From assembly GCA_944383965.1 (NCBI GenBank), contig CALWRQ010000001.1, forward strand, positions 2,364 to 66,363: a stretch of DNA of 64,000 bases, given 5' to 3'. This DNA is from an uncultured Lachnospiraceae bacterium (GTDB taxonomy: Bacteria; Bacillota; Clostridia; Lachnospirales; Lachnospiraceae). The position numbers and the translations under genes are program-made. The notes under the pieces are model-generated. The model was not told where the DNA came from and searched no databases. It saw only the letters and a list, made by a program, of their open reading frames with translations. This document shows, piece by piece, positions 29,999 to 38,834 of the stretch; position 1 is the stretch's first letter; each line of letters begins with the position of its first letter.

Positions 29999-31177
29999 AT
30001 GGAAAAAACACTGCAGCTTGCGATGGAAGCAAAGGATTACATAGTAGAAATGCGCCGCTATTTCCACAGTCATCCGGAAGCCAGCGAGCACGAAATCAAC
30101 ACCTGCAGAAAAGTCTGCGAAGAACTGGAAAAAATGGGATTGGAGCCAAAGGTCGTATGCGCCAGCAATACAGGTGTCATGTGTGAGATCAAGGGGAAAG
30201 GCCCGGGAAAAACCATTGCCCTGCGGGCAGATATGGACGCCCTGAGCGTACAGGAACTGAATGATGTTCCCTATCGTTCCACCACAGACGGTCTGATGCA
30301 TGCCTGCGGCCATGATGCGCACACCGCCACTCTTCTGGGTGCGGCAAAGATCCTCACCGCCTGCCGGAATGATTTTAACGGAACCGTCCGTCTGCTGTTC
30401 CAGCCCGCAGAGGAGACTGCTTACGGAGCCAAGGCCATGGTGGAAGCCGGATGCCTGGACGGTGTGGATGCGACCATGGGTACTCATGTGAACAGCGGCA
30501 TGAAGGCCGGAACCTTTTCTGTAGAAGCAGGTCCCAGACTGGCTGCAGCCAACTGGTTCAAATACCGTTTTGTGGGAAAGCCGGGACACGGAGCGCTGCC
30601 TCATCAGGGCATCGATGCGGGGCTGGCCGCCTGTGCGGGCGCCCTTGACCTGCAGCATCTGGTCAGCCGGGAATTTCCTGCAGACAAGGCTTTGGTCATT
30701 ACCATCGGGCGCATTGAAGCCGGCACCCGTTTCAACGTGATCGCGGCGGCAGCCACTCTGGAGGGAACGGTCCGCTGCTTTGATCCGGAAATTTTCAAAG
30801 CCGTTCCCGGAGCTATGGAGCGAGTTCTCCGGGGCGTTGCTGACGCATACCGCTGCGAACTGGTAGTGGAAAAAGCTGAGGCCGTGACCATGCCCTGCTA
30901 CAATCCGGAAAAATCCTCCGCCCGCGGAAAAGCAACCGTTCTCAAGCTCTTCGGCGAAGAAGGGATCGGATTCTCCCCTGCTCAGATGGGCGGTGAGGAC
31001 TATTCCTTTATGATGGACCGGATTCCGGACTCCCTCTACGTAAGCGTGGGTACCGCCAATCCGGAAAAGGGAACGGATGAGCCGCATCATTCCGGTCGGT
31101 TCAATGTGGATGAGGACGCTCTTCCCGGCGCATCTGCCGTATATGCTCAGTACGCTATTGATTATCTGAACGAATAA
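29999..31177 (+). CDS. M20D amidohydrolase, paralog type B copy 1
   Basis: RADMDAL, MHACGHD, QPAEE, GGEDY and HHSGRF motifs. Confidence 0.9.
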   Translation: MEKTLQLAMEAKDYIVEMRRYFHSHPEASEHEINTCRKVCEELEKMGLEPKVVCASNTGVMCEIKGKGPGKTIALRADMDALSVQELNDVPYRSTTDGLMHACGHDAHTATLLGAAKILTACRNDFNGTVRLLFQPAEETAYGAKAMVEAGCLDGVDATMGTHVNSGMKAGTFSVEAGPRLAAANWFKYRFVGKPGHGALPHQGIDAGLAACAGALDLQHLVSREFPADKALVITIGRIEAGTRFNVIAAAATLEGTVRCFDPEIFKAVPGAMERVLRGVADAYRCELVVEKAEAVTMPCYNPEKSSARGKATVLKLFGEEGIGFSPAQMGGEDYSFMMDRIPDSLYVSVGTANPEKGTDEPHHSGRFNVDEDALPGASAVYAQYAIDYLNE

Positions 31178-31190
31178 CGCTGTTTTCATC

Positions 31191-31226
31191 AAAAAAGACC
31201 TTTCCCGCTGAGGAAAGGTCTTTTTT
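31191..31226. terminator. Bidirectional terminator
   Basis: AAAAAAGACCTTTCC...GGAAAGGTCTTTTTT. Confidence 0.8.
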
Positions 31227-31253
31227 CGTATATGTTTTTCTCCTGCAAGGGGT

Positions 31254-32435
31254 TTATTCTGCCTCCAGGAAATCCCAGGCGAACTGAGCGTACATGGCCG
31301 CCCCTCTCTTGAGCAGTCCTTCATCTACCGTATAGCAGTCATTATGATTGGTAGCCGTATATCCCTTTTCCGGATCTCTGCTTCCCACAAATCCGTAAAT
31401 GCCGGGAACTTCATCCATATAGAAGGAGAAGCCCTCGCTTCCCATCATCTTTTCCAGATGCTTCAGGCTGTTTTCTCCGTACAGCTTCACTGCTGCATTT
31501 TCCGCAATCTCACAGAGCTTTTCGCTCTTGTTGAACAGGGGATTGGCCAGGTACTCTACGGTACAGCTTCCTTTTGTTCCATGAATCGCGCAGACATGTT
31601 CCACGATCAGCTTCAGCATCTCATCCGTTTTCTTTCTCATCTCCGGAGACAGCGTACGCACCGTTCCTTCCATGTGGACCTTGTCCGGGATAATATTCCA
31701 TCTCTGTCCGCCCTGAATGGTACCGAAGGTGATCACCAGGGGATTTAACGGATCATTCAGACGGGAAACCACTTCCTGCGCTTCTGAAATCACATGAACC
31801 GCTGCCGTAACCGCATCCACTCCCAGATGGGGTGCAGAACCGTGAGCTGATTTTCCCTCAATATCGATGGTAAATTTATCACAGCTGGCCATGCGGGGAC
31901 CGTACTCAAAGCTCATGTAGGGGGCATCGAAATCCCCCCAGATATGGGTTCCGTAAATGGCGTCCACTCCGTTCAGAGCCCCCTGCTGAATGAAGGTCTT
32001 CTCCCCTACAGCCACTTCCTCTGCCGGCTGGAACAGGATCCTGACGTTGCCCTTCAGCTCGTCCTTTTTCTCCATAAGCAGTTTCACACCGCCCAGCAGC
32101 ATGGCAATATGGCAGTCATGACCGCAAGCATGCATCACTCCCGGATTTTCACTGCTGAACTCCAGTCCCGTATGCTCCTCTACCTCAAGAGCATCGATGT
32201 CGGCCCGAAGAGCCACTGTCTTCGCTCCTTCTCCAGCCTGTCCTCCCTTGATTTCCGCCATCACTCCCGTGATTCCTTCGAAATAGTGAGGCTCCAGCCC
32301 CATTTCCTCCAGCCTTTTTGCCAGTTCCCTGGTCGTATTTACTTCCTTTAAGGAGAGTTCGGGATGCTGGTGGAAATATCTTCTCTGTTCAATGATCCAA
32401 TCCTCATTTTTCTCCGCAGCTTCTCTGAAATTCAT
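31254..32435 (-). CDS. M20D amidohydrolase, paralog type A copy 2
   Basis: Same motifs as 27050-28237, with SEGF in place of SEDF. Confidence 0.9.
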   Translation of the reverse strand: MNFREAAEKNEDWIIEQRRYFHQHPELSLKEVNTTRELAKRLEEMGLEPHYFEGITGVMAEIKGGQAGEGAKTVALRADIDALEVEEHTGLEFSSENPGVMHACGHDCHIAMLLGGVKLLMEKKDELKGNVRILFQPAEEVAVGEKTFIQQGALNGVDAIYGTHIWGDFDAPYMSFEYGPRMASCDKFTIDIEGKSAHGSAPHLGVDAVTAAVHVISEAQEVVSRLNDPLNPLVITFGTIQGGQRWNIIPDKVHMEGTVRTLSPEMRKKTDEMLKLIVEHVCAIHGTKGSCTVEYLANPLFNKSEKLCEIAENAAVKLYGENSLKHLEKMMGSEGFSFYMDEVPGIYGFVGSRDPEKGYTATNHNDCYTVDEGLLKRGAAMYAQFAWDFLEAE

Positions 32436-32590
32436 GGTAAATCGCTCCTCTCTTGTAAAAACTCTCTTCCCTTATCATAGCGAATATTTGCCGTTCCATC
32501 AACCGGATTTCAGAAAATTTTCTTGAAATATCCCTGCCTCCATCCTATAATCAGAACATATACGGTCCGCTGACCAAGCGGAAAGGGAGG

Positions 32591-33781
32591 ATGAAACATA
32601 TGGAAAAAGTCATGGAACTGGCACTGGAAAACAAAGATTATATCATCGGCATGCGCCGCTACTTTCACCAGCACCCGGAGCTGAGCGAACAGGAATTCGC
32701 CACCTGCCGGAAAATATGTGAGGAACTGGAAGCCATGGGACTGGAGCCGAAGATCGTAGGGTCCTTTCAGACCGGCGTTCAGTGCGACATTCAGGGTACC
32801 CTGCCTGGAAAAACGATCGCCCTGCGGGCCGATATGGACGCTCTGAGCGTACAGGAACTGGTAGACTGCCCCTTCCGGTCCTGCGAAGATGGAAAAATGC
32901 ATGCCTGCGGCCATGACGGCCACACGGCCTCCCTGTTAGGAGCAGCCAGGATCCTCACCGCCTGCCGGGATCAGATCAGAGGAACGGTGCGCCTTCTTTT
33001 CCAGCCGGCAGAAGAAACCGGAACAGGAGCAAAGGATATGGTGGCATCCGGTTGTCTGGACGGAGTGGACGGAGCTCTGGGCATCCACCTCTGGAGCGGA
33101 GTAAAAAGCGGGACGATCTCTGTGGAAGCCGGTCCGCGTATGGCGGCGGCCAATATGTTCCGCTACCGGATCTCCGGAAAGCCGGGACACGGAGCTCTTC
33201 CTCATCAGGGAATCGATGCGGGACTGGCCGCTTCCGCAGCCGTAGTCAATCTCCAGTCCGTCGTAAGCCGGGAATTCCCCGCTTCTGAACCGGTCGTTAT
33301 CACCGTAGGGCATATTCAGTGCGGGACCCGCTTCAACGTGATCGCCGCCGATGCCACCCTGGAAGGCACCATGCGCTGCTACAATGTGGACTATTTCCTC
33401 CACGATATTCCCCAGGCCATGCATCGTGTGGTGGAAAACACCGCCAGAGCCTACCGCTGTGAGGTTACGGAAAAATTCGTCTATGATGCCATGCTGCCGT
33501 GCAATAACCCGGAAAAGGCGGCTGCCAGAGGCGCCGCCACCGTAAGAAAGCTTCTGGGAGAAGAAGGCATCGGACAGCAGCCTGCCATGATGGGCGGCGA
33601 GGATTTCTCCTATATGATGCACGCCGTTCCCGACTCTCTCCTTGCCTTTGTGGGAATCGGAAATCCGGAAAAGGGAACGGACGAACCTCATCATTCCGGC
33701 CGTTTCCAGATCGACGAGGACTGCCTGCCCAACTCCGCAGCCTTCTACGCTCAGTACGCTCTTGATTTTTTAAATGAATGA
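32591..33781 (+). CDS. M20D amidohydrolase, paralog type B copy 2
   Basis: Same motifs as 29999-31177. Confidence 0.9.
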   Translation: MKHMEKVMELALENKDYIIGMRRYFHQHPELSEQEFATCRKICEELEAMGLEPKIVGSFQTGVQCDIQGTLPGKTIALRADMDALSVQELVDCPFRSCEDGKMHACGHDGHTASLLGAARILTACRDQIRGTVRLLFQPAEETGTGAKDMVASGCLDGVDGALGIHLWSGVKSGTISVEAGPRMAAANMFRYRISGKPGHGALPHQGIDAGLAASAAVVNLQSVVSREFPASEPVVITVGHIQCGTRFNVIAADATLEGTMRCYNVDYFLHDIPQAMHRVVENTARAYRCEVTEKFVYDAMLPCNNPEKAAARGAATVRKLLGEEGIGQQPAMMGGEDFSYMMHAVPDSLLAFVGIGNPEKGTDEPHHSGRFQIDEDCLPNSAAFYAQYALDFLNE

Positions 33782-34669
33782 CCCATCTTCACAGTCTGAA
33801 GGAAATTCCGCCCAGCGCTCCCGGAATCCGTTTTCCGGCCTGTACACCAGGTTAAATTCGTGGCTGAGGCGGATTTCCTGTCCCTGCTCGTCCGTAAGGC
33901 GGATCTCCCGCAGCGTTCCCCGCTCCAGCTCCTTCTCAAGGACGGCTCTGTAGAGAAAAGCAATTCCCACATTTTCCCGCACCAGCTCCTTCATAGGGCG
34001 GAAATCGCTTACTTCTGTCACACCCCGGAACCCGTCCACCCTGCAGTTGTGCTCTTCCAGGAAATGCTCCAGTACCGCTCTCGTTCCCGATCCATGCTCC
34101 CTCACGATCAGATGCTCTCCCAGCAGTTCCCGCACAGACACCGGCCCGGATGCCAGCGGATTGTCCGGAGAGCAGATACCGATAAACGGTTCTGTCCTCA
34201 TCAGCCTGCACCCGTACTCTCCCTTGTCAAAAAAACCTTCGATCATGGCAAAATCCAGATCTCCCTCATCCAGCCCTCTGAGCAGCTCCGCCGTATTGTT
34301 TACCAGAAGAGAGACCTGGCTTCCCGGCTTCTTTTTCAGAAAAGCAGAGATCATGGGCGCTGCCAGATAGTCTCCGATGGTCTTGGTCGCTCCGATCCGA
34401 AGGCGGAGTTTTTCCGGCTCTTTTAAAAGCTCTTCCAGCTTCCTGCTGCGGTAGTCCAGGGCATGTACCTGCTTTTTCAGGATCTCCCCCTTGGGTGTCA
34501 GACGGAGAACCTTTTTTTCGTATGTAAACAGTTTGCAGCCATAGTGTTCTTCCAGAAAATGGATATGCTGAGTCACTGCCGGCTGGGTAATGCACAGCTC
34601 TCTGGCCGTGTGAGTGTAATTCATGGTCCTGCATAAATTCAAAAACGTATATAATCGAAAATCCAGCAT
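33770..34669 (-). CDS. LysR family regulator (YeiE/CysL-like)
   Basis: N-terminal HTH ITQPAVTQHI..LE; REHGSGTR. Confidence 0.9.
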   Translation of the reverse strand: MLDFRLYTFLNLCRTMNYTHTARELCITQPAVTQHIHFLEEHYGCKLFTYEKKVLRLTPKGEILKKQVHALDYRSRKLEELLKEPEKLRLRIGATKTIGDYLAAPMISAFLKKKPGSQVSLLVNNTAELLRGLDEGDLDFAMIEGFFDKGEYGCRLMRTEPFIGICSPDNPLASGPVSVRELLGEHLIVREHGSGTRAVLEHFLEEHNCRVDGFRGVTEVSDFRPMKELVRENVGIAFLYRAVLEKELERGTLREIRLTDEQGQEIRLSHEFNLVYRPENGFRERWAEFPSDCEDGSFI

Positions 34670-34694
34670 ATCCTTCTCCTTTACCGTCGTATCT

Positions 34695-35303
34695 TTATCG
34701 CCGGTCCATTGCTCTGCAGAACAGAACCGCCGCCGCCGTGCTCACTGCCGTTGCCGCCATACCGGCCCCGATCACCGCCGCCGGACTTACACTTCCGTAC
34801 TGACTTCGGTAAGCCACTATATTCATGGGAATGAGCTGCAGCGAAGAAATATTGATAATGAGAAAGGTACACATCTCATTTCCCGCTACTCCCCTTTTTC
34901 TGGCCGGTCCCCCTTTTCTTCCTTCCCTCCGTTCATCCTCCAGCCGCTCCAGCTCTTCCATGGCCTGAAGGCCGGCAGGGGTGGCCGCCCAGCCCAGTCC
35001 CAGAAAATTGGCGATCATGTTTGCAGCTATTTTCTTTCTGGCCGGATGGTCCTTTTCCAGAGCTGGAAAGAGGAAATTCAGCACCGGAGTCATCCTTCCC
35101 GCCAGGGCATCGATCAGTCCCGCCCGGTTTCCTATTTCCATGATTCCGCTCCAGAAAGCCATGATTCCCAGCATGGCAATACCAAGAGCCACCGCTTCTT
35201 TTCCCGATGACAGAACTGCATCTGTGACGTCCTGGAGATTCCCGTGAAATCCGGCCCAGACGATTCCTGCAGCCATCATAAGGGCCCACATATAATTCAG
35301 CAT
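34695..35303 (-). CDS. spmA: Spore maturation protein A
   Basis: MLNY.W, ANFLGLGWAATPAG and INISSLQLIP motifs; sigma-E-like CATATAAT upstream. Confidence 0.9.
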   Translation of the reverse strand: MLNYMWALMMAAGIVWAGFHGNLQDVTDAVLSSGKEAVALGIAMLGIMAFWSGIMEIGNRAGLIDALAGRMTPVLNFLFPALEKDHPARKKIAANMIANFLGLGWAATPAGLQAMEELERLEDERREGRKGGPARKRGVAGNEMCTFLIINISSLQLIPMNIVAYRSQYGSVSPAAVIGAGMAATAVSTAAAVLFCRAMDRR

Positions 35304-35442
35304 GCTTCCTCACTGTACGTTTTTTATCATTATATGCCCCTATTGTCTGCAGACAGCCCTTTTCCCATCAGTTTAAATCTTTTTCCTCTGCTGTGCAAGT
35401 CATGTTCTGCAATCCGCCTTCCTTTTGTCCGGGCCGCGCGTA

Positions 35443-35919
35443 CTACCGGTTCAGGACCCATACTCCCAGGTTCAGATAGGCCGCAAAGGTGACCCAGAGA
35501 AAATAGGGGACCTGCATCCAGGCAGCTGCAGCGTCCGTCTTCCGATAGCTGAGAATCATCCAAAAGATCAGTCCCCAGAGAACGAGAAGCCATAAAAAGG
35601 CTGCTCCGAATTTCTGCTGATTGAAAAAGATTATGCTCCAGAAGAAATTAAAGATCAGCTGGATCAGAAAAATCCGGAGACTTTTTGTCCGGGAATCGGA
35701 AGGAGCGGCCAGATAAATGCGTGCGGCCCCTATGCCCATCAGCAGGAAAAGAATACTCCATACGATTGGAAACACGGCGGCGGGAGGAGAAAACGGCGGT
35801 TTTTTCACGGTCTGTACATAGGTTTTGGCTCCCTCCCTGGTCAGCCATCCGGACAGAGCTCCCGCTGCTTCTGCAAACAGAATCCATGCAGCATATACGT
35901 TCCAGACAGATTTTTTCAT
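35443..35919 (-). CDS. tspO: TspO/MBR tryptophan-rich sensory protein
   Basis: KPPFSPP..VF..VW, N..WS..FF and PY..W..FA..LN motifs. Confidence 0.88.
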   Translation of the reverse strand: MKKSVWNVYAAWILFAEAAGALSGWLTREGAKTYVQTVKKPPFSPPAAVFPIVWSILFLLMGIGAARIYLAAPSDSRTKSLRIFLIQLIFNFFWSIIFFNQQKFGAAFLWLLVLWGLIFWMILSYRKTDAAAAWMQVPYFLWVTFAAYLNLGVWVLNR

Positions 35920-36053
35920 AAATAATCACCCTATATCAGAATACGCAGCTTTTATGGGAATTATGTGTTAAAATTATAACCATTTCCGGACAGTTGATTT
36001 TTAATATAGTTTTTTGTATGATAATTAAAAACTTACATGAGGAGGACTCAGTC

Positions 36054-36392
36054 ATGATCTATACGGAAAAAGTAATTCCTTTTGAAAACCGTGCCGGCGG
36101 AAAAGGGACCGGCGAGCTTCACATTGCCCTGGAAGACCAGGATCTGGAGGGACGGGCCAAGGCCGTCATGTCCGTTGTTCTGCACCCCGGCAGCTCCATC
36201 GGATCTCACCAGCATGTGGGGAACCTGGAAATTTACTATGTTCTGAAAGGCGAAGGAATCTTTACCGTAAACGGTGAGAGTTCTCCCATCCATGCCGGTC
36301 AGTCCGGTACCATGAAGCCCGGCGATTACCACAGCATCGAAAATACGGGAGCTGAAGATATGCTTATCTCCGCCATCGTACTGTACGAATAA
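36054..36392 (+). CDS. Cupin domain protein
   Basis: H.H....EIYYVL.GEG and H.IEN.G motifs. Confidence 0.8.
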   Translation: MIYTEKVIPFENRAGGKGTGELHIALEDQDLEGRAKAVMSVVLHPGSSIGSHQHVGNLEIYYVLKGEGIFTVNGESSPIHAGQSGTMKPGDYHSIENTGAEDMLISAIVLYE

Positions 36393-36419
36393 AATTATTT
36401 TTCAAGGGGGAATCTGATC

Positions 36420-37592
36420 ATGAGCAGAAAATTATTTACAAACTGTCACATTGTAGACGTGAACAGCCGGACCGTGACTCCCGGCGCCATTCTCACAGAA
36501 AACGGCACGATCCTTCAGGCCGGTCCTGATGTTTCCGGAACGGCCGATGAGGTGATCGACCTGAACGGCCAGTATGTCATGCCCGGTCTGTTCAACTGCC
36601 ATACCCACATCTGCCTGCCGCCCGATCCGGCGGTAAACTACAATCGCACCGACTGTCAGATCACCATGCTGGCCCTGGATCATCTGCGCCAGTTTCTGAA
36701 CACAGGAGTCACCTTCATCCGTGATGTGGGGGGTGTGAATTTCATCGATATTGATATCCGAAACGCGGCGGCAGCCGGAAAAGTAACTGCCCCGGATATG
36801 CAGGTATCCGGAAAATGCATCTGCATGACCGGCGGCCACGGCTGGCAGATGGGACGTGAGGCAGACGGAGCAGATGACTGCCGGAAAGCCGCCAGGGAGC
36901 AGCTGAAGGCCGGAGCCAACTGGATCAAGGTCATGGGGACGGGCGGAGTCATGACAGAAGGTGTGGAGCCCGGATCTCCCCAGCTGGATGAGGACGAGCT
37001 CCGTGCCGCCATTGCAGAAGGCCATAAGGTAGGCGCCAAGGCCTGCACCCATTCCCAGGGTATGACCGGAATCAAAAATGCCCTCCGGGCCGGTGTGGAT
37101 TCCATCGAACACGGCTTTTACATGGACGACTGGTGCTTTGACTGGATGAAGGAGCATGACGTATATTATGTTCCCACTCTGGCGGCCATGTACTGGATCA
37201 AGGTAAACGGCATTTCCGCCGGCATTCCTGAGTATGCGGTCCGCAAGGTGAATGCCACCTTTGAGGATCACCTGTCCACCTTCCGGAACGCCTACAAAGC
37301 AGGAGTCAAGATCGTCCTGGGGACGGATGCAGGAACTCCCTTCAACCCTCATGACAAGACCGCCTATGAAATGATCCTGATGACAGAAGCAGGAATGGAT
37401 GTCTGGGACGCCCTCCGTGCAGGCACCATCACCGCTGCGGAAATGTGCGGTGTGGCAAAGACCCATGGCTCCATTGAAGCAGGAAAGAAAGCCAATCTGG
37501 CTGTATTTGCGGAAGATCCCACCAGAAATCTGGAGACCGTCATGGATTGCCGCATGACCGTTCTGGGCGGAGAAATTGTTTACAGGAAATAA
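36420..37592 (+). CDS. Metal-dependent amidohydrolase (Xaa-Pro dipeptidase-like, TIM barrel)
   Basis: PGL..CHTH, GGHG, SIEHG and GTDAG motifs. Confidence 0.85.
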   Translation: MSRKLFTNCHIVDVNSRTVTPGAILTENGTILQAGPDVSGTADEVIDLNGQYVMPGLFNCHTHICLPPDPAVNYNRTDCQITMLALDHLRQFLNTGVTFIRDVGGVNFIDIDIRNAAAAGKVTAPDMQVSGKCICMTGGHGWQMGREADGADDCRKAAREQLKAGANWIKVMGTGGVMTEGVEPGSPQLDEDELRAAIAEGHKVGAKACTHSQGMTGIKNALRAGVDSIEHGFYMDDWCFDWMKEHDVYYVPTLAAMYWIKVNGISAGIPEYAVRKVNATFEDHLSTFRNAYKAGVKIVLGTDAGTPFNPHDKTAYEMILMTEAGMDVWDALRAGTITAAEMCGVAKTHGSIEAGKKANLAVFAEDPTRNLETVMDCRMTVLGGEIVYRK

Positions 37593-37614
37593 TATTCTGT
37601 TTCTTTTCATGTGG

Positions 37615-37647
37615 TTTTACACAATATGTTGATAACTTTGTGGATAA
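37615..37647. promoter_or_regulatory. Cluster of three DnaA boxes
   Basis: TTTTACACA (37615), TGTTGATAA (37627) and TGTGGATAA (37639). Confidence 0.55.
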
Positions 37648-37733
37648 CATACAAGATATAGAAATACAGAGACAAAAAAGAGAGCATACCTGCTTCGGTA
37701 TGCTCTTCTGATTTTTCTGCCCTATGAGCCGGC

Positions 37734-38834
37734 TTATTCTTCCCCGCACAGCTCCTTCATCACTTCCGGAACGGTCTCAATCCTTTCCGCCCGGCAGGCA
37801 TTGCTGCCGCAGAACAGCAGGGAATTTTCCGTATCGCCTTCAGCCGCATCAATCAGGGCCTTGGTGATACAGTAGGGAATGGTCTTTCTGTCACAGTGCT
37901 CCAAACACTGATAGCACCATTCCAGCTTGAAGGGGGTTTTCCCCACGTTTTCGAGGAAGGGATTGCGGATCGCCCGCCCCGGCATTCCCACCGGGCTCTT
38001 GGTGATCACAATGTCTTCCTTTTGTGCGTCGATATACGCCTGTTTGTAAGCCATGGGAGCGTCGCACTCCTCTGTGGTCACAAACCGGGTAGCCACCTGA
38101 ACTGCATCGGCCCCCAGCTCCATGGCCCGCATCACGTCCTGATGGTCATAGATTCCTCCGGCGATTGCCACCGGAATCTTTACTCCGTACTTCTCACCGA
38201 ATCCGGCCACTACCTGAAGGATCTTCCGGATCTCTTCCTCGTACTGCTCTTTCCGGTAAGTCTGCGGCACATCCTCCGTATCAGCCCCCAGTTCATGCAG
38301 ATCTTCTCTGGAAAATCCCAGATGACCTCCTGCCAGCGGGCCTTCGATCACTACCAGGTCGGGAACTCTTTTAAACTTTCTGTCCCACAGCCTGCAGATC
38401 ACGTTGGCTGATTTTGCCGTGGATACAATCGGCGCTATTTTGGTCTTGAACCCTTCTACCAAGCCCGGAAGATCCACAGGAAGACCGGCTCCGGATACGA
38501 TAATATCCGCCCCCGCCTTAACCGCCTCTTTTACATACAGTGCATAGTCATGAGTCGCTACCATGATGTTGAAGCCCAGAATTCCCTGCGGCGCGATCTC
38601 CCTGGCTTTTTTCAGTTCTTTCCCAATGGCTCTTAAATTGGCCTCCAGAGGATGCTGCCGGAAATCCGGTTCCCTGAATCCGATCTGAGCCGTGGAGATC
38701 AGTCCGATCCCCCCTGCTTTTGCCACTGCCCCGGCCAGGGAATGAAGGCTGATGCCCACTCCCATTCCGCCCTGGATAATCGGCTTTTTTGCTGTCAAAT
38801 CACCAATTACTAACGGCTTTAATTTATCCATCAC
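37734..38834 (-). CDS. FabX/UfaA-like FMN enzyme (nitronate monooxygenase/FabK superfamily) with a C-terminal Cys cluster
   Basis: [18 protein letters not shown] and CYQCLEHC...YCI motifs; last gene of the fab operon. Confidence 0.7.
   Translation of the reverse strand: MMDKLKPLVIGDLTAKKPIIQGGMGVGISLHSLAGAVAKAGGIGLISTAQIGFREPDFRQHPLEANLRAIGKELKKAREIAPQGILGFNIMVATHDYALYVKEAVKAGADIIVSGAGLPVDLPGLVEGFKTKIAPIVSTAKSANVICRLWDRKFKRVPDLVVIEGPLAGGHLGFSREDLHELGADTEDVPQTYRKEQYEEEIRKILQVVAGFGEKYGVKIPVAIAGGIYDHQDVMRAMELGADAVQVATRFVTTEECDAPMAYKQAYIDAQKEDIVITKSPVGMPGRAIRNPFLENVGKTPFKLEWCYQCLEHCDRKTIPYCITKALIDAAEGDTENSLLFCGSNACRAERIETVPEVMKELCGEE

Noticed and set aside
29813-31324. Long antisense ORFs (this one, 22616-24136, 5449-6924, 11736-13169, 36432-37610, 50428-51846 and others)
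   Set aside because: They mirror well-supported genes on the opposite strand, have no motifs, and are expected from codon bias
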